Both the position numbers and the translations under genes were made by a program. Under the pieces are notes generated by a model. That model did not search any database. It saw nothing but the letters and a program-made list of their open reading frames with translations, and was not told the DNA's origin. Positions 21,066 through 30,226 of a stretch of DNA of 64,000 nt are shown here, in pieces. The stretch comes from Thermodesulfobacteriota bacterium. GTDB taxonomy: Bacteria > Desulfobacterota_D > UBA1144 > Nemesobacterales > UBA2774. The stretch is from positions 2,432,001 to 2,496,000 of the forward strand of contig OZ244991.1 of assembly GCA_965223335.1 (NCBI GenBank), read 5' to 3'. Numbering within the stretch: the stretch's first letter is position 1; every line of letters begins with the position of its first letter.

Positions 21066-23045
21066 ATGATTAAGAAATCCATTACAGCAGTATTACTGCT
21101 CTTGTTCCTGTGCTTTAGCTTCTCAAGCACATCTCAAGCTCAGATTGGCACAGACAACCTCTTCTGTCCGGCTGTGCCTAACGACACAGGGTGGCTAGAG
21201 GTACAGATCCCAAACCCCGCACAGGCCGACTTTACCGCAGGCCTCATAGGTACGGTAGAGGGTTTTGCGGGTTCTGCAGTGGGTGGTTTGGACTGGATGC
21301 ATAACAACGATACATTTGATCCATTCTTCCCAAACTTTAACGCCAACCCCACACCTACCACAGACAGTGGCTCACAGCTTGTGACCTGGTGGACACAGGC
21401 AGACAGCCGCAACACATCTGTGCAGGTTACAAACTCAAATGTAAACGATAGTATAAACGTCCACGTGCGTATACTGGATGCAAACTGTGTAGAGATCCGT
21501 AACTTCTGTGATGCTTACACTCCCGCAGACACTCATGTGTATGACCTGGGCAACTTGGTAAGCAACGCAGGTGCACCGATAGCTGACGAAAACCTACAGG
21601 GTAAAGAGGGTATATTGGTAGTAACCTCGGTAAACGGATGCCCCAACCCTGACGAGGCAATAGAGCATGACTACCTAACAGGTCAGACGGTTATCGTAGA
21701 CTCCCAGGACTACATGTATGGAGTAAACATGTATGCCCGTCAGGCATTCTGTGACGAGGCCGGGGAAGTAAACAAAATCCTAAACGGGAGTTTCCAGACT
21801 GGTGATCTTACATCGTGGGCTATAAGACAGGGAAGTATAAATGTAATTGCACCACCTGGTCCATCAACCGGTGTAATAGACCGCACAGGGATATCCCCGA
21901 ATTTGGCAGCACCGCCGGCAACACCCCCGGACCCTGCCAACGACTTCATGGCCTATGTAGTGTCGAGTACAGCTATTGATAGTGGCAACTACAATGGTGG
22001 AACTTACATTATCCCACCAGCACCACCAGCGCCAAGCCTAATTACATTTCCTCCTGGGCTGCCGCCATTAAATGCTGGTGTGAATGTAGCGATATTGGAA
22101 TCAGTAGAGTTTGAAGCTGATGCTTCTGGAACAGTTTCATTTGACTACTCACTATTGTCTCCGTCGCCAACCCCTCCAGCCACAGGATGTTCTTATGCAC
22201 TTGCTGTATTGCTAATAAACACAACAGGTATAGTGAACTTTATACAGGACGGTATTTGTTTTAGTGATCAGGCTAACCTCACAGTACCCTCACTTAATAT
22301 TCCTGGCCAATTGTCACAGCTATGCCAGACGTTACCTGTAGATGCCACGGACTATGTTCTAGGTCCGTTCTCATTCTTAGGGCATTCACCGTTCAATACA
22401 GACACAAGCCTATTTGTACCGGCTGCTGGGGATTATGCGATTCAAGTTGTCACAGCACAACAGCCATTCTGTATCACTGGTGGGCAGGAAGACGCTGGTG
22501 GTTTAGTAGACAACTTCCGTTTCATAGAGCCGATCCAATGCTTCGAGGGCTTAACTCCATTAGATGGAATAACCTCCTTCTTGGATATCGTAGACCCGAC
22601 TATCCTCGCAGGCCAGTTTAATGTACAGACCGGCTCGGCGGGTGGAGATGTAGCGCTTATCTCCTTTATAGACGACTACGGTCCCCCATACCGCGCAGTA
22701 GCAGCTGCCACAGATACTGCAGTGGGTATATGGGACGACACAGAGGACTTCTCAAGCTGCGGCGACGTACCGGTGTGCTTCCTGCGCTTAGGTGTGGACG
22801 AAGCAGTAGTGGCAAGTCAGGATTTTGTAGTAGCCCCGACACTAGGGCCGACACTGCCACCGACAACACCACCTACACTGGGACCTACACCTACACCTAC
22901 GAATCCGCCTAGCGGCAGTGGGAGTGGAAGCTGTGCAATAGCAGCTAGCCCAGTAGAGCTTGGAAGCGGACTAGCCAACGTACTTATCCCACTAGTACCG
23001 GTAGCGTTTGTATTCGGGGTAAGAAGGCTCCGCAGGAAGAAGTAG
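21066..23045 (+). CDS. array surface-anchored protein, type B (B3)
   Basis: AAGGAGG RBS before ATG 21066; same architecture as B1/B2 with a third insert variant. Confidence 0.9.
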   Translation: MIKKSITAVLLLLFLCFSFSSTSQAQIGTDNLFCPAVPNDTGWLEVQIPNPAQADFTAGLIGTVEGFAGSAVGGLDWMHNNDTFDPFFPNFNANPTPTTDSGSQLVTWWTQADSRNTSVQVTNSNVNDSINVHVRILDANCVEIRNFCDAYTPADTHVYDLGNLVSNAGAPIADENLQGKEGILVVTSVNGCPNPDEAIEHDYLTGQTVIVDSQDYMYGVNMYARQAFCDEAGEVNKILNGSFQTGDLTSWAIRQGSINVIAPPGPSTGVIDRTGISPNLAAPPATPPDPANDFMAYVVSSTAIDSGNYNGGTYIIPPAPPAPSLITFPPGLPPLNAGVNVAILESVEFEADASGTVSFDYSLLSPSPTPPATGCSYALAVLLINTTGIVNFIQDGICFSDQANLTVPSLNIPGQLSQLCQTLPVDATDYVLGPFSFLGHSPFNTDTSLFVPAAGDYAIQVVTAQQPFCITGGQEDAGGLVDNFRFIEPIQCFEGLTPLDGITSFLDIVDPTILAGQFNVQTGSAGGDVALISFIDDYGPPYRAVAAATDTAVGIWDDTEDFSSCGDVPVCFLRLGVDEAVVASQDFVVAPTLGPTLPPTTPPTLGPTPTPTNPPSGSGSGSCAIAASPVELGSGLANVLIPLVPVAFVFGVRRLRRKK

Positions 23046-23125
23046 AAGTAACAATTTAAAACAAAACACGAGCGGGGTAGGAAATCACTCACCTACCCTG
23101 CTCCTTATAAAAAGATTTAAAATAA

Positions 23126-23160
23126 GCCGGGTGAGTAAAATTTATTCACCTGGTTTTTTT
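23126..23160 (+). terminator. Rho-independent terminator after B3
   Basis: agccgggtgagt/attcacctggtt + T-tract. Confidence 0.75.
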
Positions 23161-23281
23161 GTGATCCTTCATTAGACGTATAGATATATTGCACATTACA
23201 ATATTGCAAACACACCTGCAATATATTAGAATAGTAACTACTCGTCTATATAAACAGTAAACAAGCTAAGGAGGAAGGATC

Positions 23282-24328
23282 ATGATCTATTCTATTTTAT
23301 CTAGACTCAGATATATCTTTGTATTGGCCCTAATAGCTTTTGCACCTACAGTCTCTGTGGCCGGGGGCAATGGGCAAACCATTTTCGAGGCCATTGACCA
23401 GACCGACCAGGCAGCGCCCAGACTAATATTTTTCTGGGATATGCGCATGGCACGCCAGACCTTTGCACAGGTCACAAATACCACACAGTTCCTATCATTC
23501 GTCCATGTGCAGATCTTTAACGTCACCTCTCCCGCAGTCGTATGCGAAGAGACCGACTTTGACGATGTGTACACCCCGGGCGACACACATGTGTACGACC
23601 TCGGCAATCTTTTGTCCAATAACGATGCCGACGGGCTCGGTTTTGTAGGCTTCTCGGCCCCGAGTGCCGACCTTGACGAGGGCTACGGCCTGCTGGTAGT
23701 GTCGCAGGAAAGCGGATCAAACGACCTAATCGGCATGTTCCGCATCATTGACGGCGACGGGGATTTTGAATATAGGACCAATGCCGCAGGCGAAGAGGTA
23801 TTCATACGCCCTGCTAACAATCTCTGGAACATCGCCGACCTCAACTTCAATGATGTAGACGGTTCCAATCTCTCAGATGTTGTAGGTCTTGTATACAGAA
23901 GTGTAGACACCGAATCGGTTGTAGCCGGCCCGCTAATCCAGGCAGTGTTCGGAGACGCTACAGGTGACGTTACCGACAGCTCCCCTCAAATACATATATT
24001 CGACGAGTTCGAGAGCCCCACATCCTGCAGCCCGACAACTTTTGCGTGTGACGTTGGGTTACTCGACAAGGGCATAGACAACTTCCACCCCAACTCTAAG
24101 GGCGAAGTAAACAGGATCTGCAACGACAGTGTGGATGTAGGGTGGCTGTTTATGCCGCTCTATAGATTCAACTGTTTCGACACCGATCCAGTAGATGGCT
24201 TATGTCCCTTGAGTATTTTCCCGACAGAGTTCTTCGTAGGGTTTCTGGGGCTTAACAACGGCGACGGCACCGGATCAATGGACTCGTGGTGGACACCTGG
24301 AATAAACGACGAAAGCGACAACTTATAA
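23282..24328 (+). CDS. array secreted protein, type A (A7)
   Basis: AAGGAGG RBS; signal peptide; family blocks. Confidence 0.9.
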   Translation: MIYSILSRLRYIFVLALIAFAPTVSVAGGNGQTIFEAIDQTDQAAPRLIFFWDMRMARQTFAQVTNTTQFLSFVHVQIFNVTSPAVVCEETDFDDVYTPGDTHVYDLGNLLSNNDADGLGFVGFSAPSADLDEGYGLLVVSQESGSNDLIGMFRIIDGDGDFEYRTNAAGEEVFIRPANNLWNIADLNFNDVDGSNLSDVVGLVYRSVDTESVVAGPLIQAVFGDATGDVTDSSPQIHIFDEFESPTSCSPTTFACDVGLLDKGIDNFHPNSKGEVNRICNDSVDVGWLFMPLYRFNCFDTDPVDGLCPLSIFPTEFFVGFLGLNNGDGTGSMDSWWTPGINDESDNL

Positions 24329-24383
24329 CCAATTACACAATACATGTTTAGACAGCGTCCCGGATTTACAAAATCGAAAACAC

Positions 24384-24418
24384 AGCCGGGTTAGCAGCCA
24401 TTACTTGCCCAGCTTTTT
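24384..24418 (+). terminator. probable terminator after A7
   Basis: agccggg...cccagct imperfect stem + T-tract. Confidence 0.55.
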
Positions 24419-24559
24419 GTGTTAATACATTAAGTAATTAGCATTGAAAAATCTTGTACTCATTGATCCACTTGATTAGAATTATTTTAAGAAATTCGTT
24501 TGACAACAACATGGAGTGGATGATGGGAATCCAAGATTAATCATATATATAAAGGAGAC

Positions 24560-26509
24560 TTGTATATGTTACGTCCACTGCTTACACTTGTTACCATACT
24601 TGCTGTTTTTGCTGTTATCCACACCCCCAATGCCAACGCCCAGATTGGCACAGACAACCTACTCTGCCCCTCTGTACCCAACGAGGTGGGCTGGGTAGAG
24701 ATCCAGATCCCTAACCCCTCACAGGCCGACTTTACCGCTGGCCTTGTAGGCACCGTAGAGAACTTCGGCGGTGCTGCCGTGGGTGGACTCGACTGGATGC
24801 ATAACAACGACTTTTTTGATTTTGGCTTCTTCTTTTTCTTTGGAGCCAACCCCACACCTACCACAGACAGCGGCTCACAGCTTGTGACCTGGTGGACACA
24901 GGCCAACGGCCGCAACACCTCTGTGCAGGTAACAAACTCTAGTGTGTTTGTAGGGGGCCCTGTACACGTGAGGATACTTGATGCCAACTGTGTAGAGATC
25001 CGTAACTTCTGTGACTTCTACACCCCTGGCGACACACATGTGTATGACCTAGGGAACCTGGTGGATAACGGTGGGGTGGCAATCCCCGACGACAACCTAC
25101 AGGGTAAAGAGGGTATATTCCTCGTAACAGCAGTGGACGGGTGTCCTAACCCTGACAATGCAGTAGAGGCTGATTTCCTCACGGGTCAGACAGTAATAGT
25201 GGACCCCAACGATTACATGTACGGAGTAAACATGTATGCCCGTCAGGCGTTTTGTGACGAGGCCGGGGAACAGAACCTAATTTTAAACGGCAGCTTCCAG
25301 ACTGGGGGATTTAACATACCTAACCCACCACCTCTGGGACCAACGGAAGCATGGGATATCACACAGGGAAACACAAGTGGACCAAATGGTCCCCAAGCAG
25401 GGGTAATAAATCCCACAGGGATATCCCCCAATGTAGCAGCACCACCTGCAACACCGCCCGACCCTGAAAATGATTTTTATGTTTATGTAGTTGCTGCAGC
25501 TAATATAATCTCTGGCACATACAATGGCGGCGGCACTCCAGCATTGGCAAATGCAAATTTGATCAATGGTATAAGTGATGACAACGCTGCGGTATTAACT
25601 TCGATTGATTTTGTAACTACTCAGGGCGGCCCTCTCACATTCGATTACTCTATACTATTAGCCGGAAGGTCCAACGAATGTAATCCGACGTTTGTTGTTA
25701 TGCTTATCGATACGACAATACCTGCGATAATAACCGGTCAGTGTTATTTTAGCTCGGTTACATTGTCGGCATCTCTGAACCTGACTCTTGGTGGGACAAT
25801 ACCGTGTCAGGAGATTCCGACGGACGCCACCACATACACAATCACACCGTTTATATTCGAGGACGGTCGTTCGAGCTTTAATAACGACACAATAATTGTT
25901 CCAGGCCCCGGCACATACGAGATTCAGGTAGTAACGGTACAAGGGGATAATTGTTTTGATGATGACGCGAGTGGTATCCTTGTAGACAATTTCCGTTTCA
26001 TAGAACCGTTTGTATGCGATGGAACACTCGATGGGGTCAACTCCTTCCTAGACGTGGTAGATCCTACTATCCTCTCGGGCCAGTTTAATGTACAGACCGG
26101 CTCTGCAGGTGGAGACGCTGTAGTTATCTCTTTTGTAGACGACTACGGTCCCCCATACCGCGCACTCGCAGCTGCAACGGACACTGCAGTGGGTATTTGG
26201 GACGACCTGGAGACATTCACAAGCTGCGGCGACACACCGGTTTGCTTCTTGAGACTGGGCATAGACGAGGCTGTAGTGGCCAGTCAGGATTTTGTTATTA
26301 TCCCCACACTGGGGCCGACACTGCCTCCGACTACTCCACCCACATTAGGGCCTACACTGCCGCCAACCAACCCGCCTAGCGGAAAGAGCAGCGGTAGCTG
26401 TGCGATAGCCCAAAGCCCGGTAGAGCTCGGGAGCGGACTTGCGAACGTACTTATCCCACTTGTACCAGTAGCATTTGTATTCGGGGTAAGAAGACTTTTT
26501 AAAAAATAA
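24560..26509 (+). CDS. array surface-anchored protein, type B (B4)
   Basis: AAGGAG RBS (TTG 24560 or ATG 24566); signal peptide ending ANA-Q; fourth insert variant; GKSSGSC + helix + RRLFKK. Confidence 0.9.
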   Translation: MYMLRPLLTLVTILAVFAVIHTPNANAQIGTDNLLCPSVPNEVGWVEIQIPNPSQADFTAGLVGTVENFGGAAVGGLDWMHNNDFFDFGFFFFFGANPTPTTDSGSQLVTWWTQANGRNTSVQVTNSSVFVGGPVHVRILDANCVEIRNFCDFYTPGDTHVYDLGNLVDNGGVAIPDDNLQGKEGIFLVTAVDGCPNPDNAVEADFLTGQTVIVDPNDYMYGVNMYARQAFCDEAGEQNLILNGSFQTGGFNIPNPPPLGPTEAWDITQGNTSGPNGPQAGVINPTGISPNVAAPPATPPDPENDFYVYVVAAANIISGTYNGGGTPALANANLINGISDDNAAVLTSIDFVTTQGGPLTFDYSILLAGRSNECNPTFVVMLIDTTIPAIITGQCYFSSVTLSASLNLTLGGTIPCQEIPTDATTYTITPFIFEDGRSSFNNDTIIVPGPGTYEIQVVTVQGDNCFDDDASGILVDNFRFIEPFVCDGTLDGVNSFLDVVDPTILSGQFNVQTGSAGGDAVVISFVDDYGPPYRALAAATDTAVGIWDDLETFTSCGDTPVCFLRLGIDEAVVASQDFVIIPTLGPTLPPTTPPTLGPTLPPTNPPSGKSSGSCAIAQSPVELGSGLANVLIPLVPVAFVFGVRRLFKK

Positions 26510-26571
26510 TGATGATTTAGACAATAAAACAGACAGAGATAAAAATCATGTCTGAAAATTATGATTTCCAT

Positions 26572-26614
26572 AAGAGCCGGGGAAATAAAATACATTCTCC
26601 CGGCTCTTTTTTTT
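26572..26614 (+). terminator. Rho-independent terminator after B4
   Basis: aagagccggg/cccggctctt + T-tract. Confidence 0.8.
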
Positions 26615-26759
26615 GTTAAATAGATTAATAGTTACCATTTAAAAATCTTGTAGTGATCTACATATTTTATTAGAATTAGGCAAAGTAGCCGGTTATCAAA
26701 CAAAATGGAATTGATGATGGATATTATTAAACTTCAACCCCTTTCAGGAGGACTCTCAC

Positions 26760-28706
26760 ATGATACGACACATACTGATGTCCATATCCATTCTTGTTTT
26801 CATTCTTATTGCCCATATACCAACCTCATTTGCACAGATCGGCGCAGACAACCTCTTCTGCCCGGCAGTACCCAATGATACAGGCTGGCTAGAGGTACAG
26901 ATCCCCAATCCAGTACAGGCTGACTTTACCGCAGGACTCATTGGTACAGTGGAGGACTTCGGAGGAGCTGCAGTGGGTGGACTCGACTGGATGCATAACA
27001 ACGACTTTTTTGATTTTGGCTTCTTCTTTTTCTTTGGAGCCAACCCCACACCTACCACAGACAGCGGCTCACAGCTTGTGACCTGGTGGACACAGGCCAA
27101 CGGCCGCAACACCTCTGTGCAGGTAACAAACTCTAGTGTGTTTGTAGGGGGCCCTGTACACGTGAGGATACTTGATGCCAACTGTGTAGAGATCCGTAAC
27201 TTCTGTGACTTCTACACCCCTGGCGACACACATGTGTATGACCTAGGGAACCTGGTGGATAACGGTGGGGTGGCAATCCCCGACGACAACCTACAGGGTA
27301 AAGAGGGTATATTCCTCGTAACAGCAGTGGACGGGTGTCCTAACCCTGACAATGCAGTAGAGGCTGATTTCCTCACGGGTCAGACAGTAATAGTGGACCC
27401 CAACGATTACATGTACGGAGTAAACATGTATGCCCGTCAGGCGTTTTGTGACGAGGCCGGGGAACAGAACCTAATTTTAAACGGCAGCTTCCAGACTGGG
27501 GGATTTAACATACCTAACCCACCACCTCTGGGACCAACGGAAGCATGGGATATCACACAGGGAAACACAAGTGGACCAAATGGTCCCCAAGCAGGGGTAA
27601 TAAATCCCACAGGGATATCCCCCAATGTAGCAGCACCACCTGCAACACCGCCCGACCCTGAAAATGATTTTTATGTTTATGTAGTTGCTGCAGCTAATAT
27701 AATCTCTGGCACATACAATGGCGGCGGCACTCCAGCATTGGCAAATGCAAATTTGATCAATGGTATAAGTGATGACAACGCTGCGGTATTAACTTCGATT
27801 GATTTTGTAACTACTCAGGGCGGCCCTCTCACATTCGATTACTCTATACTATTAGCCGGAAGGTCCAACGAATGTAATCCGACGTTTGTTGTTATGCTTA
27901 TCGATACGACAATACCTGCGATAATAACCGGTCAGTGTTATTTTAGCTCGGTTACATTGTCGGCATCTCTGAACCTGACTCTTGGTGGGACAATACCGTG
28001 TCAGGAGATTCCGACGGACGCCACCACATACACAATCACACCGTTTATATTCGAGGACGGTCGTTCGAGCTTTAATAACGACACAATAATTGTTCCAGGC
28101 CCCGGCACATACGAGATTCAGGTAGTAACGGTACAAGGGGATAATTGTTTTGATGATGACGCGAGTGGTATCCTTGTAGACAATTTCCGTTTCATAGAAC
28201 CGTTTGTATGCGATGGAACACTCGATGGGGTCAACTCCTTCCTAGACGTGGTAGATCCTACTATCCTCTCGGGCCAGTTTAATGTACAGACCGGTGCTGC
28301 GGGTGGAGACGCTGTGCTTATCTCCTTTGTAGACGACTACGGTCCCCCGTATAGAGCACTCGCAGCTGCAACGGACACTGCAGTGGGTATTTGGGACGAC
28401 CTGGAGACATTCACAAGCTGCGGCGACACACCGGTTTGCTTCTTGAGACTGGGCATAGACGAGGCTGTAGTGGCCAGTCAGGATTTTGTTATTATCCCCA
28501 CACTGGGGCCGACACTGCCTCCGACCACACCGCCTACACTGGGGCCTACACTGCCGCCAACCAACCCGCCTAGCGGAAAGAGCAGCGGTAGCTGTGCGAT
28601 AGCCCAAAGCCCGGTAGAGCTCGGGAGCGGACTTGCGAACGTACTTATCCCACTTGTACCAGTAGCATTTGTATTCGGGCTCAGAAGGCTCCGTAAGAGA
28701 AAATAA
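26760..28706 (+). CDS. array surface-anchored protein, type B (B5)
   Basis: AGGAGG RBS; body essentially identical to B4, different signal peptide. Confidence 0.9.
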   Translation: MIRHILMSISILVFILIAHIPTSFAQIGADNLFCPAVPNDTGWLEVQIPNPVQADFTAGLIGTVEDFGGAAVGGLDWMHNNDFFDFGFFFFFGANPTPTTDSGSQLVTWWTQANGRNTSVQVTNSSVFVGGPVHVRILDANCVEIRNFCDFYTPGDTHVYDLGNLVDNGGVAIPDDNLQGKEGIFLVTAVDGCPNPDNAVEADFLTGQTVIVDPNDYMYGVNMYARQAFCDEAGEQNLILNGSFQTGGFNIPNPPPLGPTEAWDITQGNTSGPNGPQAGVINPTGISPNVAAPPATPPDPENDFYVYVVAAANIISGTYNGGGTPALANANLINGISDDNAAVLTSIDFVTTQGGPLTFDYSILLAGRSNECNPTFVVMLIDTTIPAIITGQCYFSSVTLSASLNLTLGGTIPCQEIPTDATTYTITPFIFEDGRSSFNNDTIIVPGPGTYEIQVVTVQGDNCFDDDASGILVDNFRFIEPFVCDGTLDGVNSFLDVVDPTILSGQFNVQTGAAGGDAVLISFVDDYGPPYRALAAATDTAVGIWDDLETFTSCGDTPVCFLRLGIDEAVVASQDFVIIPTLGPTLPPTTPPTLGPTLPPTNPPSGKSSGSCAIAQSPVELGSGLANVLIPLVPVAFVFGLRRLRKRK

Positions 28707-28972
28707 TGGAGACCGCAAGGGAGTCGTTTTGTGACCACCGAGAGGCAGGAAATCACTCACCTACACTGCTCCCAAATTATAATAGAATATCATTTTACAG
28801 GCGCTGCGAGACAACAACTCACACCGCCTTTTATTTTTCGCTCATATTACCGCCCCTATATACTCTTAAGTATGGATTTACATAATCATCGCAAGTGTAG
28901 TATAATTTCCTAAATATTTATTTGTTCTGTAAACAAATTAGACACTAAGACTATATCTGGAGGATAATAAGA

Positions 28973-30010
28973 ATGATCAACAATCTCCTATCCAAGCTGT
29001 TTTGTTCAGTATTTTTATTCGTTCTTTTATTGTTACCTACAGTCTCATTAGCAGGCCTAACGGTTCCGCTCCTTGACCAGACTGACCAGGTTTCTGACGA
29101 TCTGGTTTACTTCTGGGATATGAGAATGGCTCGCCAGACCTATATTCAGGTCACCAACCTCTCACCGTTTGATGCAGATGTACATGTACAGATATTCAAT
29201 GTTACTTCACCCGTAACAGTATGCGAGGAAACCAACTTCAACGACCGGTTTACAGCGGGCGATACTCACGTGTATGATCTCGGCAACCTTGTATCCAACA
29301 ACGATGCTGACGGACTCGGAGGTGTTGGCTTATCAGCCCCAGCTGCAGATTTGGAAGAGGGATATGGCCTCTTTGTAATCTCGTCTAACTCTAGAGGTCT
29401 CATCAACACTCAGCTAATTGGCATGTTTAGAATCATAGATGGTGACTCCGATTTTGAATACAGAACAAACGCGGCAGGAGAACCTTTATCTGTATCTGAA
29501 TATTTTTGGGACTATGGAGTGCTTAATTTCAATAATGTAGACGGTGCCAACCTTTCGGATGTAGTCGGTCTGGTTTACAGAAGAGTAGATGATTTTTCTG
29601 TAACCGCTAGCCCCCTAATCCAGGCAGTATTCGGCGATGTTACTGGTGATGTTACAGACCCAAGCCCACAGATCCATATATTTGACCAGTTCGAGAGCCC
29701 AACATCCTGCAGTCCCACTACTTTCGCATGCGCCCCTGCGCAGCTAGACAAGGGCATCGACAACTTTCACCCCAACTCTAAAGGCGAGGTCAATAGGATC
29801 TGTAACGACAGCGTGGATGTGGGATGGCTGTTTATGCCATTTGAACGGTTCAACTGCTTTGATGAGAGCCCGGTAACCGGTATTTGCGAAAGCGATATGT
29901 ATTTCGTAGGTTTCTTGGGACTTAACAACGGCGATGGTACAGGTTCGATGGACTCGTGGTGGACACCTGGCGTCGCAGACGAAACGGCGGACTTGGGATT
30001 TGAGTTTTAA
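28973..30010 (+). CDS. array secreted protein, type A (A8)
   Basis: GGAGG RBS; signal peptide; family blocks. Confidence 0.9.
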   Translation: MINNLLSKLFCSVFLFVLLLLPTVSLAGLTVPLLDQTDQVSDDLVYFWDMRMARQTYIQVTNLSPFDADVHVQIFNVTSPVTVCEETNFNDRFTAGDTHVYDLGNLVSNNDADGLGGVGLSAPAADLEEGYGLFVISSNSRGLINTQLIGMFRIIDGDSDFEYRTNAAGEPLSVSEYFWDYGVLNFNNVDGANLSDVVGLVYRRVDDFSVTASPLIQAVFGDVTGDVTDPSPQIHIFDQFESPTSCSPTTFACAPAQLDKGIDNFHPNSKGEVNRICNDSVDVGWLFMPFERFNCFDESPVTGICESDMYFVGFLGLNNGDGTGSMDSWWTPGVADETADLGFEF

Positions 30011-30040
30011 TTATATGCTTTAATTTAAGAGAACAGCAAC

Positions 30041-30067
30041 TTAGGCGGGTGCTCCACACCCGCCTAA
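30041..30067 (+). terminator. terminator-like hairpin after A8
   Basis: ttaggcgggtg/cacccgcctaa. Confidence 0.6.
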
Positions 30068-30226
30068 ACTTATATATTAATATCAACTAAGCCGACTACT
30101 ACAAAACCACTCTGCTACTATGCCAATTTCATATTTACAAAAATATGAATTATTGTATAATAGCAACTAGATATATCACCTATTCATTGGTCTAAATCAA
30201 CAATAATTCCAAAGGAGGAATAAAGG

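Noticed and set aside
11865..21066. Long N-terminal extensions in the ORF track (11865, 15255, 16362, 18516, 20916; also 49330, 61662)
   Set aside because: Downstream ATGs have strong RBSs and put the signal peptide at the N-terminus
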